From the IMG/VR virus record IMGVR_UViG_3300016649_000564: a DNA stretch of 64,000 nucleotides; one strand, 5' to 3'. Every line of letters starts with the position of its first letter. Within the stretch, counting starts at the first letter, position 1. Positions 8,124 through 17,954 of this stretch are shown in pieces. The notes beneath the pieces are model-generated. The model searched no databases, was not told the origin of the DNA, and saw only the letters and a list, made by a program, of their open reading frames with translations. The DNA is from an uncultured virus (IMG/VR IMGVR_UViG_3300016649_000564) (taxonomy: Duplodnaviria; Heunggongvirae; Uroviricota; Caudoviricetes). The translations under genes were made by a program, and so were the position numbers.

Positions 8124-10580
8124 TCAACATGCGAAGAGATGTGGATTGCCGAAAACATGCATTGCAGCCCAAGCACTTTCAACTGGATAAATACTCTTAA
8201 TTTTATTATTAGCATGGAGACAGGCGTCCACAATGTTACTGCCCGACCTCAAAGATTCCAAAAACTTTTCCATCCATGGGCCCGGTATAATTACGTTAAG
8301 ACTCCATGATGGCGCTATTACTGTTTCATATCCTGCCATTAGAAGGTCTTTCGTTAATGTTTGAAAGCTTCTGGCATAGATATCTGAACTAACATGTGCT
8401 CCATGGCAAATGAACAAGATCGCGACTTTTCCTTCACCTAGAATTGCGGATGAGACATATTTCTTGTCATCGCTAGGGTAGAGCCCGGTGAATCCGCCGT
8501 TTTCCGATCTACCGCCATGACAGATGAAAGCCTTTATGTCCGTTTGACGTTCAAAGTGAGGAATTAACCCTTCAGACTTTATCAGCTTATAACTATCAAT
8601 ATGCTCAAGTAAGCGCCCATGAGCAAGTAGTATTGCAGTATCTTTCAACTCTACTGGAGCCCAAATGGATATTTCTGACAAGTCTAATTTCAAGCTCTCA
8701 AAGCACAAATATTGGTCTAGAGATAATGGATTGCAGATAGCTTGATGCAGGGGGCCGTCAGTGGGCTCCGCTATGAAGTTATGAGGGAAACACGCTATCA
8801 CTGTATCGCAAAAAACAAGTGTGGGTTTGGCGCTATTAGGAAGATACAACTTTGGAAGATTTAGGCGTATTTGCTCACTTTCGCAGCGCCAAATATCTTC
8901 ACGAGTAACCCATGGCCCATTAGTTATCGGGCTATCATTAAATCCGAAACTGGGCAGGTTATTTTGAAGCCATTCGAATATTTTGCTTTTCTCAATTTCA
9001 GGAATAGTGCCGTGAGCGATAAAACGGCCATCGTCGTGCAAAACATAGTATAACTTTTCACCTGCGAAGCCTAACCAAAGGTAGCGATATTCTTTATGTT
9101 GGAGCAATTGTTTTTTTACGTGCTCGAAGTACAGTTCATTTTTACCTTTGAATTGATTAACACTCAAGCTGTCGTGGCGACTTAGGGCTTTTTGTGGCAG
9201 CCCCTTGCTCAATTCGAATGCTATACTTCCATCGGACATTACTCGATGCGCAAGTAGAATACCTTCAAGGTCACCCGTTTTAAGAGAAGTCTCGAGAAGC
9301 CTCTCGGCAGTAGGTTGCAACCGATTTATTTCATGCGTGTGGTCGTTTTTGTTTCGAGTCAGATGTAGCTTGTTTAAAGACTCAATTAGCAGTTTTTTAG
9401 TATTTTTCCGTCCAGGAAGGATACCGTCACGTATGACTTCTGCCTGCTGGCTAGGTAATGTGGCGTCGATGTGCTGCTCAAGAATCAACAATCCAGAACA
9501 ACTAGAAAACTCATTTGGAAACACTAATTTCAAATTACTAAGCAACACTAGCCAAGGGACAGCTGATGCATTGCCGAAACCCTTGATTTTTTCTAGGTTG
9601 TCCACTGCATAATTATTTGCTGCGACGAGCGCTTCTTTAGGGTTGCTCTTCAGTAGTAAATTCAGGTAAGCGGTATCGATCTTTTGCTTTGCATAGTTAT
9701 CGAGAAAATCAAGACCTATAATAGAATGATAAACCCGTGTAGCCGCGTCATAAAATCGAGAATTCCGCAAAAAAGTAAAGGCCGCGTTCAACACCCTGTA
9801 TTTAAAATCTTCTGGTACTTGAGATCGCGGACTAAGCGCTGCTACTAGTAAACATCCATGAATAGCGGCATCAATTGGGTTTTGTTGAAAGGATGCCAAT
9901 GAAAAGCGGCAGTAATGCCCATATTCCGGAAAGCCATCAGCACGAGCACAAATGATTGCCTCTTCTGCATAGTCACGGGCTAATTGCTGATATCCGTCTC
10001 GCCCTATTCTTTCTAGTGCAGCTTCAAACTGAACATATGTTTCATGCAGATCACCAGTTTGCCGAGTGAGCTCTCTAGACATCCCTAATAGATTTCCTAG
10101 ACTTGCTAGGTCGGCGGTTAAGTACTCATCCTCTAAAGGGGTAAGTGCAAAATACTCAAGCATTTCTACTACTCTAGGCAAAATCAACTCGGTGGTCCAA
10201 GGATTTAAGCTTGGTAGCTTATAAGTTAAAATCCTCAATCCGTCGCTTGGTTGAGCTAATATACATCGCTTAAGTAACCCCTCAAAATCATCCAAGCCTA
10301 ATTCTGTTTTAGACTTTTCTTTTCCCGTATATGTCGGGATATTCACAACCGTACTCAAACCATATTCTAATATTACGCACAAGAACGGAAGACACCGATA
10401 CCCTTGCTGGTGTAGCAGCTCGGAAAACGCAAAGTGCTGAAGTCTAAACTCCTCGATCTCCAGTGACTCAATCTGTGAGATTGTATTGCTTATAAGGTCG
10501 ATTAATTCCTGCACCTCTGAAGGGTTGGATTCGTCAATCGTATTAAAGAGGCGATTTATATTGCTAAAAAGTTCATCCAT
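8124..10580 (-). CDS. CHAT (caspase-like) protease with helical/TPR-like N-terminus
   Basis: FICHGG (His), ILFICH (Cys), VIAPSWSL and terminal WAAMHVFGNP are CHAT hallmarks. Confidence 0.8.
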   Translation of the reverse strand: MDELFSNINRLFNTIDESNPSEVQELIDLISNTISQIESLEIEEFRLQHFAFSELLHQQGYRCLPFLCVILEYGLSTVVNIPTYTGKEKSKTELGLDDFEGLLKRCILAQPSDGLRILTYKLPSLNPWTTELILPRVVEMLEYFALTPLEDEYLTADLASLGNLLGMSRELTRQTGDLHETYVQFEAALERIGRDGYQQLARDYAEEAIICARADGFPEYGHYCRFSLASFQQNPIDAAIHGCLLVAALSPRSQVPEDFKYRVLNAAFTFLRNSRFYDAATRVYHSIIGLDFLDNYAKQKIDTAYLNLLLKSNPKEALVAANNYAVDNLEKIKGFGNASAVPWLVLLSNLKLVFPNEFSSCSGLLILEQHIDATLPSQQAEVIRDGILPGRKNTKKLLIESLNKLHLTRNKNDHTHEINRLQPTAERLLETSLKTGDLEGILLAHRVMSDGSIAFELSKGLPQKALSRHDSLSVNQFKGKNELYFEHVKKQLLQHKEYRYLWLGFAGEKLYYVLHDDGRFIAHGTIPEIEKSKIFEWLQNNLPSFGFNDSPITNGPWVTREDIWRCESEQIRLNLPKLYLPNSAKPTLVFCDTVIACFPHNFIAEPTDGPLHQAICNPLSLDQYLCFESLKLDLSEISIWAPVELKDTAILLAHGRLLEHIDSYKLIKSEGLIPHFERQTDIKAFICHGGRSENGGFTGLYPSDDKKYVSSAILGEGKVAILFICHGAHVSSDIYARSFQTLTKDLLMAGYETVIAPSWSLNVIIPGPWMEKFLESLRSGSNIVDACLHANNKIKSIYPVESAWAAMHVFGNPHLFAC

Positions 10581-10867
10581 GTAAATATCTCCATCGAAAA
10601 TGTTCTGGCGCCATGTGGACAGATAAGCAAGTGCAAGGAACTTTTGCTATCCTTCGACCAGCATACTGTCACGATCTGTGTCTTTTTGCCATCACGAACA
10701 CCTACAGCGACAAAGCGATGGAGGTAGCGATGGAGATACTTTGCCCATAAGGTACCTTGAACCCGGTTTAAACTATGTATGCCGCTAGCTTCAAAGGATC
10801 GGAGGGGCGGTTCTAACCTAACGCATTGAGCTAGAATTTCCGCGCCAGTTACTCAAGGACGATATCC

Positions 10868-11086
10868 ATGCCAGATAACTCTGAAGCAAACATAGCCACA
10901 GCGGATGCTCTCACATTGCTACTGCACAACCAGCACGCCATATGTGCGGCCCTGGAAGAGGTGACCAAGTGGCTCTCGGAGAATGGAGTGGGGGGCGTCG
11001 CTGATCATGCAATAGCGAACATGGAAACGCTGGATGCGAATGTCCGAGGTATAACTTACGCCATCACGCGACTCAGGCAGTTATAG
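10868..11086 (+). CDS. Small hypothetical protein, distant paralog of 1880-2095
   Basis: AAGGA RBS; D.L....NQ.A..AA..E.T.W pattern shared. Confidence 0.7.
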   Translation: MPDNSEANIATADALTLLLHNQHAICAALEEVTKWLSENGVGGVADHAIANMETLDANVRGITYAITRLRQL

Positions 11087-11187
11087 ACGTTTTACAACGC
11101 CACGCGAGATCTGGCCGATAACCGATAAACGCCCTGCCTGGCAGGCTTCAAGCCACAAGCCGGCTTACGAGCTATGAAACAGCTTGG

Positions 11188-11982
11188 CTAAAATAGCCCG
11201 CCGAAAGCAGCCGGCTCCCAGTTCATGATTACCAGTTCGCCACTAACTTCAGCCCTCCCCTGCCGCTGGTTGGTTGTGGCGTAGCGGATTTCTAAGGTTT
11301 CGAAGTGGAAACCGTCGAACACACGGCGGATATCCGGATGGTCGTTGATGCTGACCATGACTTTGCCTTTGCAGCGGCGCATGAAGTCGGCCATCCGTTC
11401 GTAGTTCTCGAACGGAAAGTCCACGCCATACCCGGCGGTCTGCCAGTAAGGGGGATCCATGTAATGGAAGGTATGGGCGCGGTCGTAACGCTCAGCGCAT
11501 TCAAGCCAGGGGAGGTTTTCGACGTAGGTGCCGGACAGGCGCTGCCATGCGGCCGAGAGGTTTTCCTCGATCCGCAGCAGGTTGATGGCTGGCCCAGTGG
11601 TTGCGGTACCAAACGTCTGCCCGGTCACCTTGCCGGCAAAGGCATGGTGCTGCAGGTAGAAGAAGCGCGCGGCGCGTTGGATGTCGGTGAGGGTTTCAGG
11701 GCGGGTCATCTTCTGCCACTCGAACACCTGGCGGGAGCTGAGCGCCCATTTGAACTGGCGCACAAATTCTTCCAGGTGGTTCTGCACGACGCGATACAGC
11801 GTCACCAGGTCGCCGTTGATGTCGTTGAGGACTTCAACCGGCGCGGCCTGGGGACGCATGAAGTAGAGCGCCGCGCCGCCGGCAAAGACCTCGACATAGC
11901 ACTCGTGGGGTGGGAAGAGCGGGATAAGGCGGTCGGCCAGGCGGCGTTTGCCGCCCATCCAAGGGATGATGGGTGTAGACAT
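11188..11982 (-). CDS. DNA adenine methyltransferase (Dam/D12 class), orphan
   Basis: WMGGK, EVFAGGAA, NDIN and DPPY motifs. Confidence 0.93.
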   Translation of the reverse strand: MSTPIIPWMGGKRRLADRLIPLFPPHECYVEVFAGGAALYFMRPQAAPVEVLNDINGDLVTLYRVVQNHLEEFVRQFKWALSSRQVFEWQKMTRPETLTDIQRAARFFYLQHHAFAGKVTGQTFGTATTGPAINLLRIEENLSAAWQRLSGTYVENLPWLECAERYDRAHTFHYMDPPYWQTAGYGVDFPFENYERMADFMRRCKGKVMVSINDHPDIRRVFDGFHFETLEIRYATTNQRQGRAEVSGELVIMNWEPAAFGGLF

Positions 11983-12000
11983 ATAAAAGCAAGACCTTTG

Positions 12001-12016
12001 CTGTATGGATAAACAG
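12001..12016. promoter_or_regulatory. LexA (SOS) box upstream of the methyltransferase
   Basis: CTGTATGGATAAACAG fits CTGT-N8-ACAG, 18 bp before the ATG. Confidence 0.75.
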
Positions 12017-12131
12017 TGCTAGGCTCGCTCCGCTTTGTGCACGAAGCAGGAGCCTTGGCTGGACTTGCAGGGATGTTCTGCGGGGAAGGTGGCCGGGTTG
12101 GATGTTGACGCATCCTGCCCGGTCGCTCCTT

Positions 12132-12674
12132 TTACTTCGGTGTAGAGACTTCTTTTGCGTAGGCCTGACAGGCCCGCAAGGCGATCAATCCCTGGTCGCC
12201 GGCATCGGTGATTCCGATAATTCGTTGAGCATGCGCTGGGTCAAGTTGGGCTCTAGTGGAGCCATGAACCACGCGGCCGGTGGCGGTGGTGGCTGGCACT
12301 GAGCAGTTGCTGGTGGCGTCGGTGGCGGCGAGTACGACTGACAGCCGCAGATCAGCAGTAGCCAGGCGATCACGCAGACGAGCTTGCTTGCTTTGCTCAT
12401 CGGTCAATTCCTTGTAGTGGGTTTCATCGTCGTTCTGCAGGCGTTGCTCAAGGGAGAAGCGCTTGTACCGCTCGTTGCGCTGCTGGGCAGCAGCAGCCCG
12501 GGATAACTCGCCGAGGGTGTCGGCGTGCAACCTGGCCTGGCGCTCCAACTGCTGACCGTAACGCCAACCTTGAGCGGTCCAGGCCAAGGCAGCAGACCCA
12601 GTTGCCAACATCACCAGCAACAAGCCGACAAGAGCGAAGCGGTATTGTGCGGGGATCAGGTCGACGAGCCGCAT
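12132..12674 (-). CDS. Rz-like i-spanin
   Basis: Start at MRLVDLIP; N-terminal TM, coiled coil, ALRACQAY C-terminus; follows endolysin. Confidence 0.88.
   Translation of the reverse strand: MRLVDLIPAQYRFALVGLLLVMLATGSAALAWTAQGWRYGQQLERQARLHADTLGELSRAAAAQQRNERYKRFSLEQRLQNDDETHYKELTDEQSKQARLRDRLATADLRLSVVLAATDATSNCSVPATTATGRVVHGSTRAQLDPAHAQRIIGITDAGDQGLIALRACQAYAKEVSTPK
12185..12400 (-). CDS. Rz1-like o-spanin lipoprotein embedded in Rz
   Basis: LLICGC lipobox, Pro-rich, alternate frame inside Rz; conserved in prophage 2. Confidence 0.75.
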   Translation of the reverse strand: MSKASKLVCVIAWLLLICGCQSYSPPPTPPATAQCQPPPPPAAWFMAPLEPNLTQRMLNELSESPMPATRD

Positions 12675-13219
12675 AGCACTGCCCTCGCCCTGCCCCACAA
12701 CTGCAGCCGATCTTCCAGGCCGTTGAGCCCGCCATTGATCCGGCGGGTGATGGTGTTGAACTGCTCTTGATCCGCGAGTGCGCTCAACCCGTTTACCGAC
12801 CAAAACCAAGCTGCCGATTCCGCCGCCCATTGCGGCTGCTCGAGCAGCTCCGGCGTGCGTAGCAATCGATCATCACCGAACAACGCCAGACTGCAGCGCA
12901 GGTAGTTGTCGTGACCGGTGATCTGGATGAGGCCACGACCGCGATAGCGCTGGCCATCACCATCCACTGCCGGCGTATTCCCCAACTTGGCGGCCAGCGT
13001 GCCGGTGTCGTACTTGCTGAGGTATTGCTCACTCCCCAGTTCACGCACGTACTGCAGTTGGCCGGACTCGTGACCGACCTGGGCGAGGAATGCTGCCTGG
13101 CGCTTCGGCGTGTCGATCTTTCGATTCGCCATAGCCGCGTTTAGGGCGGATACAAAAACGCCGGCTTGGCGGCCGGCGTTCGGGAGGATCTGCAGCAACT
13201 GCTGCTGAGTAATTGGCAT
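12656..13219 (-). CDS. Glycoside hydrolase family 19 endolysin
   Basis: FLAQVGHES, YRGRGLIQITG..NY, TRRINGG. Confidence 0.95.
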   Translation of the reverse strand: MPITQQQLLQILPNAGRQAGVFVSALNAAMANRKIDTPKRQAAFLAQVGHESGQLQYVRELGSEQYLSKYDTGTLAAKLGNTPAVDGDGQRYRGRGLIQITGHDNYLRCSLALFGDDRLLRTPELLEQPQWAAESAAWFWSVNGLSALADQEQFNTITRRINGGLNGLEDRLQLWGRARAVLCGSST

Positions 13220-13276
13220 ACAAACTCCTAACGTGAACAGCCCGCACGCGGCGGGTATGGATGGTGCACCGCCCCG

Positions 13277-14326
13277 CTACGCCAGGCTGACGACCTTGAC
13301 GGGCTTCGCGGCTTTCTTCGTTTTTTTGCCTTTCGCTTTGGCCTTGCCCTTTTTGCCGCCGTTGCACTCGACGGTGGTGGACCAACCGGCCTGGGTGTAT
13401 GTCTGCTCGACTGAATCCACCAGGTACTCGCCATCAAGCCCCACCTTGAAGCCCTGGGCATTGATTGAGCGCTCAGCAAACAGATCCGTACGCCCGGGCA
13501 TTTCCAGACGCACACCGGCCGTGGAGCGGTTGAAAGCCGCCAAGCGCGCCTTAGCCGCAGATTCGGCAGCGGTTTTATTCGGGTGAATATGGCGGTCGGT
13601 GTGTACTGCCGGCAGGCCGTCCGGCACGTCGTCATTTTCCAGGGAGACCACAGACAACTTGCCCGTCTTCTTGTCCTGATGCTTGGCCGCCACGGTCTTG
13701 TGCGCGTTACGGTCGCCCAGGCGGAACTGCCAGCGGCTTACGTCGCTGCGCGTGATGGTGATCGCGCCAATCACCTTGCCGCTGGCACTCAGCCCCGCTT
13801 GGCGCTGCATTACCATCAATTTACCGTCGCCCACCTTGGCGGTGCAGTCGTATTGCTTGGCCAGGCGCGTGACAAAGCTGAAGTCAGACTCGTGGAGCTG
13901 GTCAGCCCGGGCGACTTTCGTAGCAATGGTGCAGGCGGGCGTCCAGCCGTTACGGGCTGCGATATCGGAAACGATTTTCGACAGCGGCACGTCTTCCCAA
14001 CTGCCGCTACGGATTGACTTGCCAGTACCGCGCATGTCGCTCGCCTTGCCCCGGATAACGATGGTGTCCGGCGGCCCGGAAACCTCGATTTCATCGACCA
14101 CATAGCGCCCCAGGCGCACCAGGGACGTTTCGGCATAGCCAAGGTAGACCTCGATCCCGGCGCCGCGCTTGGGCAGCGTTACCAGGCCGTCGCGGTCATC
14201 AATACGCAACTCAAACTCGTCCGACTCCATGCCGGGCTTGTCCGTGGTACGCAACAGCAAAAGCCGATCGTTAATCAGCGACGTAATGTCGGAACCGTTC
14301 GCGACGATTCTAAATTGGGGTGTCAT
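13277..14326 (-). CDS. Phage late control D (baseplate hub) protein
   Basis: P2 gpD-like motifs (Q..ESD.SF.TRLA) and synteny. Confidence 0.9.
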   Translation of the reverse strand: MTPQFRIVANGSDITSLINDRLLLLRTTDKPGMESDEFELRIDDRDGLVTLPKRGAGIEVYLGYAETSLVRLGRYVVDEIEVSGPPDTIVIRGKASDMRGTGKSIRSGSWEDVPLSKIVSDIAARNGWTPACTIATKVARADQLHESDFSFVTRLAKQYDCTAKVGDGKLMVMQRQAGLSASGKVIGAITITRSDVSRWQFRLGDRNAHKTVAAKHQDKKTGKLSVVSLENDDVPDGLPAVHTDRHIHPNKTAAESAAKARLAAFNRSTAGVRLEMPGRTDLFAERSINAQGFKVGLDGEYLVDSVEQTYTQAGWSTTVECNGGKKGKAKAKGKKTKKAAKPVKVVSLA

Positions 14327-14341
14327 AGGGCATTGGCCAAT

Positions 14342-14362
14342 AAAAAACCCGCACTGGGCGGG
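14342..14362 (-). terminator. Intrinsic terminator-like hairpin between gpX and gpD
   Basis: CCCGC-N5-GCGGG stem with T6 on the minus strand. Confidence 0.55.
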
Positions 14363-14420
14363 CTTTAGGAAAGGGAGGCGTTACGCGTAACGGAACAAGG
14401 GCGTAGCCGATAGATCTGAA

Positions 14421-14627
14421 TCAATCCCAAAGCGCCACTTGTTCATCCACGGGGCCTGGCAGATCCGGCAAGACAATCACCACGCCGGCGCGGTAAGGCT
14501 GATCCTCATCGGCCAGGCCCTGATTTGCCGCAAGCACTGCCTCAACGCTGCCCACCAAATGGCCATAGAAGTTATGGCAAATGGTATCGAGCAGATCCCC
14601 GTCAGATGTTCTGCATGTCGTCGCCAT
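14421..14627 (-). CDS. Tail protein X (P2 gpX-like)
   Basis: GDLLDTIC..FYG....VEAVLAAN.GLA, terminal LWD. Confidence 0.9.
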   Translation of the reverse strand: MATTCRTSDGDLLDTICHNFYGHLVGSVEAVLAANQGLADEDQPYRAGVVIVLPDLPGPVDEQVALWD

Positions 14628-15447
14628 AGCGCACAAACTCCAAGGTAAACGCCTGTTTGCGGGGGATACCCCCCTGCATCAGCGCGCTTTGGTCTTCGTC
14701 AATCGTCTTGAGGCACCAGGTGCCCAGCACAACGCCATAGCCCGTGGTCAGGGTTACCGGCTTAAGCTGGGAGCCCATCGAGCGCAGCGTATTGAGCTGT
14801 TCAAGACCACCCCGGTAGCCCGGGAAAATATCGCCCTTGAGCGTGATTTTCTCGTCACCCATGCCCACGGCCTGCTGGGCCGACCGGCGCGTCAGCCGCT
14901 CCTGAGAGGCCCAGCGGTATTCGGTCGAGCGACGCAGCGAATCAAAGGCCGCCGTATCAAGGTTGAAGTAATACGGCTGCGCCTTCGGGTCCAATGGCTG
15001 AATGATCAGCAGATGGGGGAACGCCTTCACCGCCTCTTTCGCTGGAGTGCCGTCCGTAGCAAACGCACCCGTTGGCAGGATGTTGGCCAGTGCCGGGTCA
15101 ACCTTGCCGGCGATCTTGTTGATCGCGGTAGCCGCCCGGCCGGCCTGCTCTTTCAAGGTACCCAGGCGCTCGTCAATCTGCGACAGGGCACGCGTGGCAC
15201 GGTTGTAAGTGGCCACCACCTGGCCAACCTTGGCCTGGGCGGTGGCAATACCCCGCATCACCCGCTGAAGCTTCTCCCCCACCGCCGGTCCAATGAACGG
15301 CAGATCCTCCAGCTCGTTCGCGGCGCCGGTGATTTCGCTGATGGCACCGTTTACCGGCCCCACCATGCCGTCGATACTGCGCCGGCCCGCTTCACCGGCC
15401 GAGGCCAGGTATTTCAGGCCGGACTGTAGCTGTGACAGTGATTCCAT
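14602..15447 (-). CDS. Tail protein, P2 gpU family
   Basis: C-terminal gpU domain (YRWASQER, ITLKG, FTLEF); synteny. Confidence 0.85.
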   Translation of the reverse strand: MESLSQLQSGLKYLASAGEAGRRSIDGMVGPVNGAISEITGAANELEDLPFIGPAVGEKLQRVMRGIATAQAKVGQVVATYNRATRALSQIDERLGTLKEQAGRAATAINKIAGKVDPALANILPTGAFATDGTPAKEAVKAFPHLLIIQPLDPKAQPYYFNLDTAAFDSLRRSTEYRWASQERLTRRSAQQAVGMGDEKITLKGDIFPGYRGGLEQLNTLRSMGSQLKPVTLTTGYGVVLGTWCLKTIDEDQSALMQGGIPRKQAFTLEFVRYGDDMQNI

Positions 15448-15458
15448 ATTCCCCCCCC

Positions 15459-17954
15459 TTAGAGATGCGGTGCGTCGTAGAGCTGCCGGTTTTCGAGCTG
15501 CAGGGCGATCTCCCGACGATGCTGCTCCAGCAGCGGCTGCAACCTGGCCGCAAGCTCATTCGGGTCTTTCACATCGCCTTGCACCGTCAGGGTAAAGGGC
15601 GCACTAATGTCCACCTTGGGCTCGATCTTCGCCGGCTGCACCTTGGCGACCACGGCCGCCGCAAGCGGCCCAGCCGCCGTGTCTACGGCGGCCTGGGGCA
15701 TCATCATGGAACGCGCAGCATCACCCGGGTTGACCGCGCCAGGCGTTGTCGGCAATGCACCCTGGCCGGGGTTGGTCAGCATGAGAGACCCCGTGCGCGA
15801 CGGTGCGAACGACTTGGCGATATCCCCCAGCACCGGTGGGATGTCTTTGCCGGCATCCTTCATCATCAACGGCTCGGCCACGGGCATGACCTTCTTGCTT
15901 TCGTCAGAACCGAACATAGACTTGCCGATGGCACCGCCCAGGGCGTCGCCGCCCAAGCTTCCCAGGTAGCCCCCAATCAGGCCGCCCACGATGGTGCCAA
16001 TTACCGGCACTGCCGAACCAATGGCTGCACCGGCCGCCGCACCGGCGAGCGTGCCAGCAAGTCCGCCAGCCGCAGCGCCGTAGCCCTCGGCTTTCTCGTC
16101 CTGGGTTTCCGCGTTGTCGTAAGTGTCTTTAACCTTAAACCCGGCTTCAATCACGGCCAGTACGGCCGGCCCCTTGACTCCAGCCCCGATGCCGCGCCCA
16201 GGGCTTCGGCCACCACGGCCGCCGCCCCTCCCCTTGCCTTTGCCCTTCCCATCTTTGCCGCCGGCGTCATCGGCATCGCCCATATCCATGCCGCCAGATC
16301 CACCAGCGGGCATGTTGGTAACAATGACTTTTTGCGGGATGTTCGGATTACCCATCAGCGAGCCGCGCCCAAGGTTGAGCAGGCCCTTGGCGATCTTGAA
16401 TCCGCTCATAGCGGTCTGAAACGCGATCACGGCCGCCACGGCGGTGCCGATACCCGTCACAACCCGGGGCGACTCGTCCGACAGCTTGGCCAGCCCCTGG
16501 GTGACATAGGCCAAACCATCCGCCACTTTGTCAGTGACGGGCCGGAATGCGTCACCAATGGCGCGCATGGCCTCGTCCATACCCTGGGCCATTTCCGCCC
16601 ATTTTTGCGCTGACGCCTGCCGGCGTTCCTCAAGGTTCTTATCAAGAATCCCTTTGGCATCGGCCGAGTCTTTCTTGAGCTGCGCGTACAGCTCTTTGTT
16701 CTGCATGTAGGCCGTCAAAGCGCCCTTAACCTGCATGTCCGCGAACAGATCCCCGGTACGCAAAGCCTGTTCCAGGGAGGCAATCATGACCTTGGCTTTC
16801 TCGGGGTCAGTCTCCTTACTGATCTTGGCCGTAGCGGCGGCCATCGCGGCGGCCTTCTTCGGATCCGTTGCCGCAATGTACTTCTGTGCCAGCTCGAAGC
16901 TGGATTCCAGGGTGGACTTACCATTCTGCAGGCCAGTATTCATCGACCCTTGGTAGTCAATCCCGGCATCCTTGTAGGCCTTGACCGTATCGCCAGAACC
17001 GATTTTCTCCATCCAGTTCTTGAGGTTGTTGGCCGCCTCATCAGCGCCGCCGGCGGTCTTCATTTGCACCTGAAGCATTGAGCCCAGCTGCGTGACCGCA
17101 TCCATGCCAGTAATGCCGATCTTGCCCATGCCGGCCAGCAACTCGGGGAACCAACGCGCCATGTCGGCCGCTTCAAAACTACCCGCCTGGCCCTGATAGG
17201 CTATGGCCTCCAGCGCCTTTTGCATCACGGCCGGGTCGGAGATTTTGGCGTTCTGCCCCAAGGCGTTAATCATGCGGGCCGTTTCACCGCCATCCGAACC
17301 CTGGCCCACGGCAAACTTGGCCGCGACAGGTGCGTATGACAGGGCCTTATCCAGCTCCATGCCGGCACCCACCAGAGCGTTGACCACCTCGGCCACCTGA
17401 TTACGAGCCATGCCGGTATCGCGCGACGTGCCAACGATTGTCTTGGCCATCTGCGCTTCTTCGGGCTTGTTGGCAATGTTCGCCTTGATCGCAATGTCAC
17501 GGACAATTGCGCCAAAGTCCGCGCTAACCTTCGTCGGAATAGCCATCGCTGCCGTCGCCGCCGCTGCCTGGCCAATGCTGCTTTTCATCTGCTGTTTACC
17601 AGCATCGAGTTGCATATGGCCCTTGGCTTTTAGTTCGGCCCTTGTTGCCGCCTGCCCCATGGCCGCGTAAGCCTTGGTCAGGTTGCGCACTTCAACGCCC
17701 TGCTTGCGCAGGCCGTCCAGATTGTTCTCAAGCTTTCGCCGTAGCGCGTCCGCGCCTTTGTCGCCAGCCATGTGCGCCTTGCGCCATTCATCACGCAAGC
17801 GCATGGTTTCGCCGATGGTCTTTTCCAGCACCCGCGCGCGGGAGCCTTGTTCCTCCAGCTTCTTGATTTTGTTGCTGACGTCCTTGAACGCCGCCCCTAC
17901 CGTCGAGCTGACGGCCCCGCCAATCACCAGGCCGAGAGCAAGTTTATTCGCCAT
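15459..17954 (-). CDS. Tail tape measure protein
   Basis: 831 aa Ala/Gly-rich helical protein after the tail chaperone. Confidence 0.92.
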   Translation of the reverse strand: MANKLALGLVIGGAVSSTVGAAFKDVSNKIKKLEEQGSRARVLEKTIGETMRLRDEWRKAHMAGDKGADALRRKLENNLDGLRKQGVEVRNLTKAYAAMGQAATRAELKAKGHMQLDAGKQQMKSSIGQAAAATAAMAIPTKVSADFGAIVRDIAIKANIANKPEEAQMAKTIVGTSRDTGMARNQVAEVVNALVGAGMELDKALSYAPVAAKFAVGQGSDGGETARMINALGQNAKISDPAVMQKALEAIAYQGQAGSFEAADMARWFPELLAGMGKIGITGMDAVTQLGSMLQVQMKTAGGADEAANNLKNWMEKIGSGDTVKAYKDAGIDYQGSMNTGLQNGKSTLESSFELAQKYIAATDPKKAAAMAAATAKISKETDPEKAKVMIASLEQALRTGDLFADMQVKGALTAYMQNKELYAQLKKDSADAKGILDKNLEERRQASAQKWAEMAQGMDEAMRAIGDAFRPVTDKVADGLAYVTQGLAKLSDESPRVVTGIGTAVAAVIAFQTAMSGFKIAKGLLNLGRGSLMGNPNIPQKVIVTNMPAGGSGGMDMGDADDAGGKDGKGKGKGRGGGRGGRSPGRGIGAGVKGPAVLAVIEAGFKVKDTYDNAETQDEKAEGYGAAAGGLAGTLAGAAAGAAIGSAVPVIGTIVGGLIGGYLGSLGGDALGGAIGKSMFGSDESKKVMPVAEPLMMKDAGKDIPPVLGDIAKSFAPSRTGSLMLTNPGQGALPTTPGAVNPGDAARSMMMPQAAVDTAAGPLAAAVVAKVQPAKIEPKVDISAPFTLTVQGDVKDPNELAARLQPLLEQHRREIALQLENRQLYDAPHL

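Larger units (their letters stand above)
1..11100. mobile_element. Accessory island with putative defence cargo (boundaries uncertain; may be distal cargo of prophage 1 or older tandem elements)
   Basis: AT-rich orphan-like genes with nuclease/protease motifs, short repeats and an att-like remnant near 1700, abutting the prophage lysis end. Confidence 0.6.

Noticed and set aside
11802..12113. Com-like translational activator upstream of the methyltransferase
   Set aside because: No paired CxxC zinc-finger motifs; overlaps the MTase out of frame
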